A model generated the notes under the pieces. It was given only the letters and a program-made list of their open reading frames with translations. It did no database searches and was not told where the DNA came from. A stretch of 64,000 nt of DNA. It comes from Lingula anatina (lineage: Eukaryota; Animalia; Brachiopoda). The number at the start of each line of letters is the position of its first letter. The stretch's first letter is position 1. Positions 44,301 to 56,149 of this stretch are shown in pieces. The stretch lies in contig CM120643.1 of the NCBI GenBank assembly GCA_051362555.1, forward strand, positions 10,602,001 through 10,666,000, given 5' to 3'. The position numbers were made by a program, and so were the translations under genes.

Positions 44301-44349
44301 GAAGAGGAGGATTTTGGAGGAAGCAGACAAAGCTCTTGGAAATAGCTAA
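35381..44349 (+). CDS. ORC6: Origin recognition complex subunit 6
   Basis: Exons 35381-35445, 35957-36095, 41689-41852, 42310-42411, 42751-42863, 43179-43247 (or 43232), 44222-44349. Motifs match metazoan ORC6: LAVKLG..RKAEEYVRL, ICIDLAA, LAVQFGC, DFTRPVFQAAAL, SGVKK.EFD.L and the C-terminal DYEEWKRRILE. Confidence 0.95.
38030..38630 (+). mobile_element. 5'-truncated LINE (L2/CR1-group) ORF2 C-terminus plus 3' UTR and (ATT)n tail
   Basis: Translates as ARLYFFHQLKRAKLYQSIVHSILEYACPVWHPGLT...RALKIIFPDLHYDETLNLAN...FKTNRFRCSFIPYAL* with one internal stop, then AATAAA(TTA)n at 38605-38630. Confidence 0.85.
39868..40283 (-). mobile_element. Second decayed LINE 3' fragment, opposite orientation
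   Basis: The - strand reads CLKLYLENSHQEALQSYNTASLQCRGDKLCKRLLQKMCTNDHIIHHLLP...RTFIFWAL, typical of an L2-group ORF2 tail. (ATT)n tail at 39868-39883. Confidence 0.65.
40605..40750. repeat. Interspersed repeat end (..CCTGGATCCGCCC family), same family as 49130-49270
   Basis: Shares ACCAAATGGCAC..CTCTAAAATACCAAA..GGGTCGGC.TTGCATCCG.GGACCCCCC..AAATAA.CCTGGATCCGCCC with 49130-49270. Confidence 0.75.
42031..42203. mobile_element. MITE in ORC6 intron 3
   Basis: TIR CTGGGGTAACGCTAACA versus the reverse complement of TGCTAGCACTACCCCAG; TTACC on both flanks. Confidence 0.6.
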
Positions 44350-45771
44350 AGCCATTTTTTCCATGGAAATTATAACAAGATTTAAATGAAGAGTAGACAT
44401 AAGAATGGGACATTATTATAAATGATGGTGCTTGGGAAATAAGTTAATGAAAGATTTCCCCAAAAACTTAATAAGTTTTCTTCTTTTTTATAATTATTTG
44501 ATATTAAAAACTTGAATAAAGAAATTTTACAGAAATTGCTGAAAAGTTTTTGTGGATTGTAAACATGCTTTATTAACATTTTAGTGATAGCAGTTATATC
44601 AAAGTAGCACAACCATATTTCTGAGGTGCTGTTGTCATAGAGTACAAATTTGTTGTGATTGAGACAACACAAATACATAACATTGACGAATTACAAACAA
44701 GTTAAGTGATATACTAGGAGCAATGTACATATTTACTTGGCAAATAACCAATTATTCAGGTTGCAAAAATTTATTTATTGTGTGAAGTATTGATACTTGC
44801 AAAGTATTGATTAACATCTCCACTGGCAGGAAGACTTATTTGTACAAAATGATGTATTCACAGTGCTTGATTCGTGGATGTTTAAAATGTGATAATATTC
44901 AACTCTGCCTAGGAATATCTCAAAGAATATTTCAAAGATGACTGTAAAGTATAATACTTTTAGAGGTATTTTGCACACATTAGATCAACAAATTGAATGC
45001 AAAGATGTTTACAAGAAAAGCTATTTCCACTTAAAATTTAGACCTGTGATTATATATTTTACATATTATATATTTTGGACAAACCTTGTAGCAATTCTAA
45101 AGTTTATTTGCCTGAAACTCTTGGAAGTTTAAAAAAATCATTGGCTTCACTTGTCCAATAGAAATATTGAAAGGCAAAAAAAAATTCAAACATTTATTTT
45201 ATGTGCCCTCTTGAAATTCTTTTTTCTTATGTGACAGTTTTGGTCAAAATATTTTTTTCACACCTTATCATTGATTGTCATTATTTCAGATCTAGAAATA
45301 TTTCACCTACTTCTACAGTTCTTTATAGCCCATATTTCTCTTCCTCAGTGCTATGACGATCAAAATTAAATCTTAAAAAAAGGCAGCCAATACAGGTTAG
45401 ACCTTTACATAGCAAAATTTAACCAGACTACTCTTACTATCAAAATAAAATTCAGCTACAAGTTTCAAAATTTTGAGACATTGATGTTATTTTTATTATC
45501 ATTATTATTTTTTGCTATTATTTTTGCTAAATAAACAGCTTCTGACATGCATTGTGTGCCTCTAAAGTAATAAATAGTAATACAAACAAATTTATGATTA
45601 AGATTGCCAAAGCTTGTCTTGGGGGGGTATCGTGAACAATCTCGCACAGAGTCTCTGTGTTTTCTGTATCATTATTACCCCTATTGGTGGGTAACAGTGC
45701 ACCTGTTTAATCTTGGCCATTCTGATCATTCTTTGCTGCCATTGACGTAGAAATATAGGCAAACGTGCCTA

Positions 45772-48223
45772 TTATTCACACACAAACCCAGCGTTGTAGC
45801 TAGTGCTTGTACAAGCAAGATCTTGGTAATCGATGCCACCACCCCATTTCATAGCGAGGCACGGTTCATTCCCGGCTCCATCTATTGCACCTCCCCCAAC
45901 CCCGGGATTGTAAAATACTGAGTTGGGACTGTTCTTCCAAATACAGACACTATTGATACACTCCGCATCACACCAGTATCCATTATCTGAAATTGAATTT
46001 GATTCTTTGTTACTGAAAGAAGATGCATACAAAACCCCAAACTTGCTTTTACAAGCATAAACACAAAGCAACACACACTCGTACTCACAGGAATATAAAT
46101 AAAGCTGAAGCCAAAACATATTTAAAAAACTGACAGTTAGTAGAGGCCTTGGGCAAAAAGGGCTGAATAAAATATTCCATCAATGCAAACCCCAAATACT
46201 TACATGAGGTGGAGGCTACATTGGCGTCAACAAAGTTCCATTCTTGTGCGTCGTTTATGGCAACAAGGATCATCCCCATGTTTTGACAGCACGTCTGGGC
46301 CGCCACCTGCGACCGTCCCTGTTTTGGGTCACCGAAGTAGTAGTTTTTACCTGCGTATTGTAAAGTATACCCTGGCCCACAATTAGGATCTGAAACTGTA
46401 TTAAAGCAATTCTTTAATTGCAAGTTAATTTTGAAACATTTATGTTTATCTGTAAGCCTACGTACTTTTGTGGTTCCATGTTTACTTTTTTTACTCATTT
46501 TAAAGACATTTGCATGTCTCAGACGTGCATTTATTCACACTCACCAACGCAGTCAGACGCACTTGTGGACCCTGTTGCCGCCGTTGTGGACCCAGATGAA
46601 CAACTGACACAAGATACCGCTCCAGCTGCACTCTGGTATTGCCCAATGGGACAGGCTGTGCAGGCCGCCTGTCCTACAGAGCTTTGGTAGTGCCCCACAG
46701 GGCACTGGATACAGGTTGACTCCCCGGTTGAGTTCTGATATTGACCAGCAGGGCAAGAGGAACAGGTTGTCTGACCGATGGTATCTTGGTAGTGGCCCGC
46801 TTGGCAGAGGGAACAAGTTGCCTGCCCAGAAGAACTCTGGAACTGCCCGACCGGACAAGGCAAACATGACGTTGACCCGTTCTGGTTCTGGTACTCTCCT
46901 ACAGCGCACGGTATGCAGGTCTGAGACCCAGTTTCGCTTTGGAATTGCCCAGGTGGACATGGAAGGCATTCTGCAGACCCACTTTCGTTTTGGTAGCTCC
47001 CGCTTGGGCACGGGAGACACGCTGACGAGCCATATTGGTCTTGGTATTGCCCAGCCTGACAGGCGACACAGGCACCTTGCCTCACGCCATTGGCACACCA
47101 GTCGCAGGTTTCGTCAGAATCCGTGTTGGCGTTGTATTGACCCTGTGGGCACGAACCTTAAAAGGAGATATTATCATTGAATATTATATTTCTCTGGTTA
47201 GGTGCATCAGTTGTAATGGTGATTTTTTCTTTTCCTCTCTTTCTTTCTTTCTTTCTTTTTTTACTTTTGTACCAAAACAAAACCAGTTTTTAGACTATCA
47301 GATGGTAAGAAGCACCCTGAGGGTGTAAGTCTAGACTTACCAATACTGGAGCAAGTCTCTTCTGCCAGCCCAGTGTACTGTAAAAAAAAGGATAATTCAG
47401 GCTTTTATTGCTGCTCAACTTGATAACAACCATTATGGCCAGTTGCTCTGACACCTTGACTTTCGGAGATAATCTAGAAACCGAGAAGTTGTAGAGACTT
47501 GTAGAAACTCAACCCTATATTCTCAGCATGTCCACATAACGTATGCCTGTAGTGACAGAAGTGAGTTTCCAGAATTGCTTTGGAACTCGGTGTGTAGACT
47601 AACTCTGCAGATTCCACGTGAAATCGCCAATTTTCTGCACCGCACCAGCTTCACCAAGGCAAACTATGCAACAACATTACTGTAACATGTGATCACACAA
47701 TTTTTGCTCCATCTCACAAGCCCAAGTTACCAGTCAAAATTAATCCGGTTAACTGGCCGTGTCGCGTGCGAGTGCTACTCTCTGATACCACAGGCTCCGA
47801 TACAATAATTTTGTGAAAGACTACTAGCAGATCCCGTTTAGGTGACTCTTAAGTAAAAGGCAGGTTATTTGGGTCTACATTTTGTTCTCAATCTTTTGAA
47901 TTAAAGTGTCTCAATATAAAAAGGACCAAGAACCCTATAGAATTTGCCAGTAGTGACATTTCTGTATCAGCAACACAATTTCTCAGGCACGACGACATGA
48001 CCGTCAGAGCAAATTTCATACAAGGAAATTGCACAAAAGAGAGGGGGGGAGAGATACGTTTGTTTGTGAACGTTTATGCCTCTAGCAGTGGCGGATTTAG
48101 AGGGGTGGGGAGGTCAGGGGGGTCCTGACTCCCCCCCCTTCGATTTCTGGTCCCCTCTCGTAATTAGAATTTTGACTAGCTGGTCTAAACCGTTCGCCCT
48201 CTAAAATACCAAAAAATTTTCTG

Positions 48224-48256
<33 letters not shown>

Positions 48257-49974
48257 CAATGTATCCAAGCCGACTGGATGGCGATTTGCACTAGTAATAG
48301 TGCATAAAACGTCCTTATAACTGACAACAGCAAACATCAAATTTTCAAAACGTCATCTCTTTGAAATGATAAAACTGATGGAAGCTGCCGGTAGGTAAAT
48401 CAATCAAACCTTCACTTACCACACACAAGAGATCCTTTCATATTGTATTAAAATTAATGGATTAATATTTCTGAAGTGCCGTGTCAGCTTTTCTGTCAAC
48501 GGCATCAATCTACCTTTCTCTTTAAAAACTCAGCATGCCGTTTCAAATTGTCATAATAGAATTATATACTAGTAGTCACAAAAAGGGCATTTCGAATTAA
48601 ACGTATACTGTAAAATCTTTGTGTGATGGGGTATAAAGTTATAGGCCTACCGGTCCCGTTCATTGCTGTACGTATAAGATATTATTACCATCTCCTATTT
48701 TCATTGGTTATTTTTCCTACTTTTTTCCCTTTTATTCATTCTTTCTCACGTGTCTTTGACTTTGGCAGGCACTGACCCTCTGATTTGACTGGGTCTTTCT
48801 CTCACAGTCAGGGACCACAGTATAAAAAAGTGTAATCAGATTGCGTTATCCAAAGATGTGAGCCCATAGTTTCCTGGGGTTTTATTATTAAAGGTATAGT
48901 TCATGTTATGTGGGGTCGGGTTATAATAAAGAGTCCCCCGCTAGTAAAAGGAAGGTCCCCCGCAAATAAAGGACGGTCCTCAACAACTCGTAGTCAGAGA
49001 TAAGCGAGTCGTTTGTCGCGCCCGTTTCTCAGTCTTTACCTTGTCTTTACCTTGCCCCCCCCCCCCCCTTCGATTTCTATTCCCCCTCTTGAAATTAGAA
49101 TTTTGACTAGCTGAATCATAGTTGTAAACTGCACCAAATGGCACCGATCGCTCTCTAAAATACCAAAATTTTTCCTTCCACAGACCCCTAACCCCTTGCC
49201 AATTGGGGTGGGGTCGGCCTTGCATCCGTGGACCCCCCTCCCCCCTTAAATAACCCTGGATCCGCCCCTGAGTACGCCGACATGTCCGTCTGGGCAAATA
49301 ATTTCATATAATGAAATTGCACATAGGAGAGAGAGAGAGAGAGGTGCGCTAGTTTGTGAGCGTTTATGCCTCTAGTATTATATATGTTTATTATCTGTCT
49401 GACAAAAGGTAAAGATACGGAATACTTCTTCAGTAATAATTAAGTGAATGACCCAGCTTCAAAAGCAGGTCAGGCTGATTAAATTTTAATAGGTAATACG
49501 AGTCTACAGTCGACAAATAATAGACCTATAATTGTGTGTAGCGGTTACCAGTGGCTGAAAGAAATCTGAACGAATAATGAATAAATATCTGAAAAGGCAA
49601 TTGTTACCGTAAATGTAAAAGCGTGGAATTAATAATGAGCCTACCTTTTCGAAGAAACTATAATTTCCGGAGCTCACATCGGATGCCCTAATGATTCCAT
49701 TCCCGGATGGTCCGGCAGATCCGGTGTTCAGTTGACAGGACTTGCTCCCGTCTTCATTTTCGATCAGGTTGAAGGACTTGCAGGACGATTCCGTTTGGCA
49801 GTAGGTGGCGCACTCAAGCTTAGACCGGACCGAGAGCTCTTGGAGCCTGTACAAGGCCGACATGTAGAATCCGCTACCGCAGCCGGCCGGTTCGCTGTAG
49901 CTGCCTGAATTGATCGCCCCGAGCGGGATCAATAGAGACACCAGTAAGGAGACGGATAATCCAGACAAAATCAT
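45772..49974 (-). CDS. Secreted mosaic protein: signal peptide + PAN/Apple + ~10 x 17-aa Cys-rich (GCC2/GCC3, ephrin-receptor-like) repeats + C-type lectin-like domain
   Basis: Exons 49974-49645, 47377-47341, 47156-46545, 46389-46204 and 45986-45772 are frame-compatible GT-AG. Segments: MILSGLSVSLLVSLLIPLGA signal; SKLECATYCQTESSCKSFNL..SCQLN (PAN); CPxGxYQxxxGxxxCxx repeats; AQTCCQNMGMILVAINDAQEWNFV..YW..EPCLAM..YQDLAC..FVCE (CTLD). Confidence 0.85.
48086..49270. mobile_element. Composite hAT-like non-autonomous element with CAG(T/G)GGCGGAT termini
   Basis: Starts CAGTGGCGGATTTAG and ends CTGGATCCGCCCCTG. The block CCCCTTCGATTTCT..AATTAGAATTTTGACTAGCTG is duplicated internally; (TG)n at 48226-48255. 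Confidence 0.6.
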
Positions 49975-52419
49975 ATCAACTTACTGGTCTGATGGATCTT
50001 GAATATAAGTGCGAGACTTGAGACAAATGTCCGAAGTGACCTAAGCGAAGATTCAATGAATCGCCTAGACGATGCCTAAAATATAATGAATATTATAAAT
50101 TAAATAAAAAAAATAAAGAAAGCACATGGGTTCCCTTCTTTAACTACATGGAAAGCTGAAAACGGAAAAAACGAGCAAGTTAATACATTATTTAAAAAAA
50201 AAAACATGCAAAACGCTATCGGGTAGTGAAAGAATTTTTTTGACAGTAGAATAAGAACACGCCCACTATCCATTGAAAAATAAAAACGGTCATCTTTTAT
50301 AATGTTAACTATAAACGTGAGACCTTTTCTGTCTATGTTGTAAAGTCAATGGCTTACCCTTTCAACCTTACCCTTTAACTGAAAGATATAAGTAAAGCCA
50401 AATCAAATAACAAAAAAGCCCAGCGAGTTATTGGGTACAAGTTTAATTTCCTGAAGAGTCCACAAGTGTGTAAATTGTTTTCGTGTAAAAAAAAAATATG
50501 GAAAATGTCCAAGTAACATACTGTTAACATTCAAGGCTTACAGAGATTGCCATCTAATAAGAGAATATTAAATGGTGTAATGGCAATTTAGAATAGAAAA
50601 TTTTGGGGATCACGCAAACGACGAAATTAAGTAAATGCTTGATAGTTACAAAAAAGTCGGGTATAAATTTCCTTGTCTTTGTAAGAAAAATTAGTCGGTG
50701 AATGCATGTTTGAAAGCTCTTATTCGTCGTCAAAACACTATCAATAAAACAAAAGGAGAAGAAAAACTATAAAATCTCCCGGAAATTCCTTAAATTTTCT
50801 TATATTTACTATGGTATACCATATCAAAAACCGGTGACAAAATTTACGTTCAATGAACTGGTTTCTGATTTTTTAACCACTCTCGTAATGGAAGACTAGT
50901 GAATTTCACTCGGAACGGTAAAATTTGGGAAGTTTGGATGGGGTTTCCCTTGATGATGAAGGGGGGATTGCTGAAATTTCCAGGAAAATCTTTTTTTTTT
51001 TTTTATAAAGGTCTAACCTGTATGGTTTATTTCATTTCATATTTAACTTGATGGTACATTTGAACGTTTATATGCTAAAACCGAGGTTCATTTTAGAGAC
51101 ATATGCTACTCGCTGATGCGTTTTTCCAAACTGATGAAATTTGATATAGAAAATTCGTCTGGAAGTTTTTAAAATGTTACTTTTTATCTTAATTGATGTC
51201 CTTACTATAGTCTTGTTTTTCATATCTCTTTTTTTTATTTTTTATTTTGCTTAAAACTTGTGTTTATGAATGATAATTACTAAAACCCAAGTAAGTAACA
51301 TTTTTTTTTTTGCTAGACAGTCACAAATATTTGCAAATGAACTGTTAAATGAAGAGAACTATAACAGTTAACGTGTGTGTGCGCGTGCGTGTGCGACCGA
51401 GCAATAAAATCATATGTTGAAAACAAGAATATTAAAGTAACTCACCCTTTTCCTCGAAAATATTGCAAAATTCCAATTTGAATTAGTAGATAATCACTGA
51501 TTCTCGCAGAACTCTTATCTGTATCTGTCACCAGGCCCTTTCACGAGCAAGAAAAGTAAGGAAATCGAAAATTCTTTCCAGAAAATACCTTGGAAAAGTT
51601 TAACCCAATCATGTGAAATGAACAGCTCCTCTGACGTAGAGGTCCGCGTTTGTCTACACATCAAATATTAACAAATTTGGGAGTAGTGCTCAACAATCAA
51701 GGTATTCTTTCCAAAGGCAATACCTTTGGGATATCTGCGCGCACATGTAGAGCCCTTTATTGTAGCGAAGTCTGAGGAAGACCTCCTCGTTATGTGTGAT
51801 ATCCCGAAAAACAAACAAGCGAAGTGAGCTACGTCATTATACACAGGGCGTTAATAATGAAATGGTCAATATAAACGCATGACACTTCGCACATAAATTA
51901 ATTAACTAGAATACATAAAAGGACCGTTCATTTTTGAAAACCCCACAAGGGCCTATTTATGATTGAGATAGAAAGGGACCTCAGACTTATTATGTACAGA
52001 TAGATCTACATCTTGACCAATAAACCTTCAAGGCGTTAGTGTCAGGTGCGGGTGCACCCTACTCATTCTCACAGAACTCTTTATGGCAAACAGTGCGCGT
52101 TAGATCTTTATAATTTATTGAAAAAATATAGAAATCTCAGAAAATTTATTATTATTATCATCAAGGTATAGAATTGCCCTATCCAAACCCGCTTAGAAAA
52201 TAAATAAAGATGTTTACATTAAAGCATTTAATTTTTGAGTTATTTAATTATTTTTTACTATAACTGTCACGATAAAGCGGGCACAAGTCTCTTCGTCAGC
52301 TTCTAGTGTGCCTCCCAACACTCGGCCTAGCAGGTGGTATTGATTTTATCTTCTTACATTTTGCAAACTGAGGCTTCTGTTGAGGTCCGGACATTTAGAT
52401 TGTTTTCATCCATTTGCCC

Positions 52420-52452
<33 letters not shown>
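52420..52452. repeat. (AGAT)n microsatellite
   Basis: Direct reading. Confidence 0.95.
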
Positions 52453-52962
52453 CAGATATATATTTTATTTATTCTGAATTGTGAACAGAAGCACAAGCAA
52501 TAAAGAAAACACTTTTTCACTTTCACAATATCAGCAGGGCAAGCACTCAAAATTGAATTGGAGTGATAAACATATTTAAATAAATAGCTAGTAAATTTGT
52601 TTGATCAAAAAGCTGCAAGTGATTTGAACTCCAAGTTATTAAATTTCTCCCTAAAGCCGGTTGTGAAAGGGCAGTCGCACAGAACATGTTGCACAGTTAG
52701 TGCATTCCTGCAAATGCACGTACATGTTCAATTTTCATACGGACCTCGACAAGCGACCTTTTTCCACCTGACAAACGGAATCTGATTGCTATAATTTGTT
52801 CATGCTCTTTAACTTATGCTGGAGGTAGGGTTAGATTCTGTTTATCATTGAGATTTCATTTCATCCAAAATTCTAACTTTGTCGGCTTTGTCGTTTTCCA
52901 CATAGCTATCAGCATCTCCGTGAAATATATCCACAAAGTTGTAGTATAGCATGCCATACACG

Positions 52963-53125
52963 TACCCTCTACCAGGGCCGCATTTATTATTGTGGACATT
53001 TTTGGCTGAAGCGACACAATAGACAGTCATTTTGGCTGACATCAGACCAAAATGACTGTCTAATTATCTAGAGACATATCTGTGAATATCTGTGGAAAAT
53101 CAATCTCTCGCCCTGGTAAAGGGTA
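52963..53125. mobile_element. 163-bp palindromic Mutator-type MITE with 9-bp TSD
   Basis: TIR TACCCT(C/T)TACCAGGGC; identical 9-mer CCATACACG at 52954-52962 and 53126-53134; central hairpin at 53020-53062. Confidence 0.8.
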
Positions 53126-56100
53126 CCATACACGCTGTATAGTAAAATTGTCCTCGTCTGGTCTCTCTCTCTCTCCCCCCCCCCCCCCCCCCCCCACCTC
53201 GTCATCAAAACTCTCCATCCACCAGTGGCAGATCCCGTTTACTCTTGATTGGCTTTCAATATAAAATTTGCATAAAATTTTGCAGTTTTAATTGACGCAC
53301 TTCTGAGTTTTCTACACAGCAGACTGTTACATGCGAAACAAGATATAGTTTGTAACATTTGTAAATTAAATTTAAAAAAAAACAAAACAAATATAGCTTT
53401 TGAATTCAATTTTTATTCAATTCAATAACAATATAATATTGTCAAATCTATAAACTCTGTCTCTGTTACATAATAGTGATCCTAGACTTGCTAGGCAATC
53501 TTGAAAGTGTACTCTCAGATAAATGTTTTATACTAAAGCATCGATAATAAACTCTCTACTTTATTCCCAACACCAACCTAAACTTATTATAACATGTTAA
53601 AAGTATTTACAAAACAATTCAATGAATGCATAGTAAAATGATTGCAGTTGGCCACCATGTTATTGAGCCATTAGTAAACAAATTAACATTTAATAGATCA
53701 GTCTCCAACTCCTTTACTTTTGTAATAGATATCAGTGGATAGGATAATTCTCTGTGCCTGGAAGACAAAATTAATACAATCTAGGACTATACACCAATTT
53801 GAAATGAAAAAGTTCAATATTGATATCTGTCTATTAAAATTATCAAAAACTGTCACAATGGAAGACCAAATAAAATTCACAAATCATTGCGTTAGTTTGA
53901 GAGAAAAAAAAAATACAATGAATAAATAAATAAAATACAAAATAACATTAATCAATGAAATTAATCCTATATCAACTTGAAGTATGTTGGCATGAAATGA
54001 GTAAGTCAATTTTTTTTTCAGATCTTAGTATTTTTGCTTAACAAGGCACATTGGTCCTCTCATCACTGCTCATACGGGAATGTCATAGCTGTCTTAATAA
54101 TTCTGTGGAAAAAAATCCAAATCAAATCTTCAAACCAAAACACTGACACAAGTTTGAACTTGATCCTCATGTAGCTGAATTAAGCCACACTGATTCTATA
54201 AGATTACAAGAACAGCTCACAATTATGTACACACTGTCAGCACTTAAATCAAATTAAAAAAATGCCTTTTCTACCAACTACAAGTCAACAACTGTCATCA
54301 CACATGATATAAGAGATATTTAGTGTCTTCCTTTTTTTCATACACGTTGCTCTAATTACAAATTAACTCATTCTCAAACATTTTATGAAACTTTCCCTAG
54401 TCGGGTCTACTTTAAATACAAGATTATAACATGATATTGTAACTCGCTATGCTATATTTAGTCCTCACAACAACATTTTCTTTGCAACAACAATCCCTGC
54501 AAATTTCTCCAGCTAATGAACTTCTAATGCTTGGAATAAAAGAGAAATATATACAGCACACTTTTGCAAATGGTAGAGATAGGAAAAACTCACATTTTTT
54601 TTTTCAAAATTGCATCTTGTGAGATTTTGTTCTGCTGCCTTCATTACAAAATCCATCAACATCAAACAATCTTCAAACAAAAGATGGAAAATTAAATAAA
54701 AATGTATAAGCCTATAAATCTGAAACTTGTTTCTCTTTCAAACAACAGCAAATCAACAAATTGAATGTTAATACAAACTTCACATTGCAGTTTCAAATAA
54801 AAAAAATAGATGTAACATTTAAAAATACTAGATTTAGTGCAATGTAGTGTCTTATCTGAATAATAGGTGGCACTACTGTATAAAAATTATATAGAATCTG
54901 GTTAGAACATGATATTATCTTTTACAGAATTATATTATCTGCTGTTAACACTCCATTCTGTCATCTTTGGTGAATGTACAAATCGGCTTTCATGAAAAAA
55001 AAATGACAGGTCCATGTTAGTTATCAAACTCACTTCTGGTCTATACACAAACACATCTATCTAAATGAAGTAAAACTAGTATTTACAAATCAAAACCAAT
55101 AATCTAATTTCACAGCAAGTATACAAGTATAGTTTCTACTGCTATAATTAATATGATATAATGGAAGAAGTTAAACTTCTCAAATCAATGTAAACTAAAA
55201 CCATTGCATCAAAATTGAAATCAGACTTTTGACTTTTTCTGGTCTCCCATGTTTGGTATGAAAAAACCAATAAATTGTGTCTTGAATATTTAAGCCCAAT
55301 TGATGTGATGTGGTTAACTTTTCAAACCATATTCATAAAAAAGCAACTTAACATGCTGTTACTATTCTAGCAAACTTTTTGTCTTAGTTCTTTGGTCCTT
55401 GTGGTTTATCTTACATACATTCTGTCTAAATAGAAGACTTGGCAGAAACACCTAGAATAAATTACTTTTCATATATGATAGTTGTTCCTATAAATCCACT
55501 GTTCTATTTTTTTCCCAGACTTACTATTGTATTAGCACTTGAACACATCCTCATATTCAAAATAAACACTGTTGTTTTTAAATTTCCCTGTGTTGTCTCT
55601 GGTCCTTAATTCATACTCTTAAAGAGTTTGTACACCCTTCTGACAGGGTAACTTCAGCAACATAAAATGTCCCTGTTAAATTAGTAGTCACTGATTACGT
55701 TTTTTCTGTTTTTGTCTACAAGTGCATTTAGTCACGGCCATGGAGCACCCTCAAATGCAACTAAATAAATAAAAGAAGAAAAAAAATTCACAAGGAAATG
55801 GATTCTCAGTGTTTAGGTCATGTAAGTTCATGCGTCATGGGTGTGCCTCCCTCTTTATTGACTCTGTGGTCCCATCATCATTGGTTTCCGAGTTCTGTAA
55901 CAGAGATATGAGGGCTTGGTTAATACATTTTTTGCTTTGTGCACTGTTATGTGTTTTACAAGAAAATATATTTTTAAACTGATCAAATATTGATGATATT
56001 CCTTACCACTTTGAATTGTAAATTTAGTGTATTAAAATAAAGGTAATGATAAAAAATGATAAACTTTAAACAAACCAATTACAAGTAAATTACAGATCCA

Positions 56101-56149
56101 AGAAACATAAGTTATACAAAGAATTCCCAATCTTTTCTTGTACATACCC

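Noticed and set aside
52845-53042. 65-aa - strand ORF
   Set aside because: Starts inside a MITE hairpin; no coding evidence.
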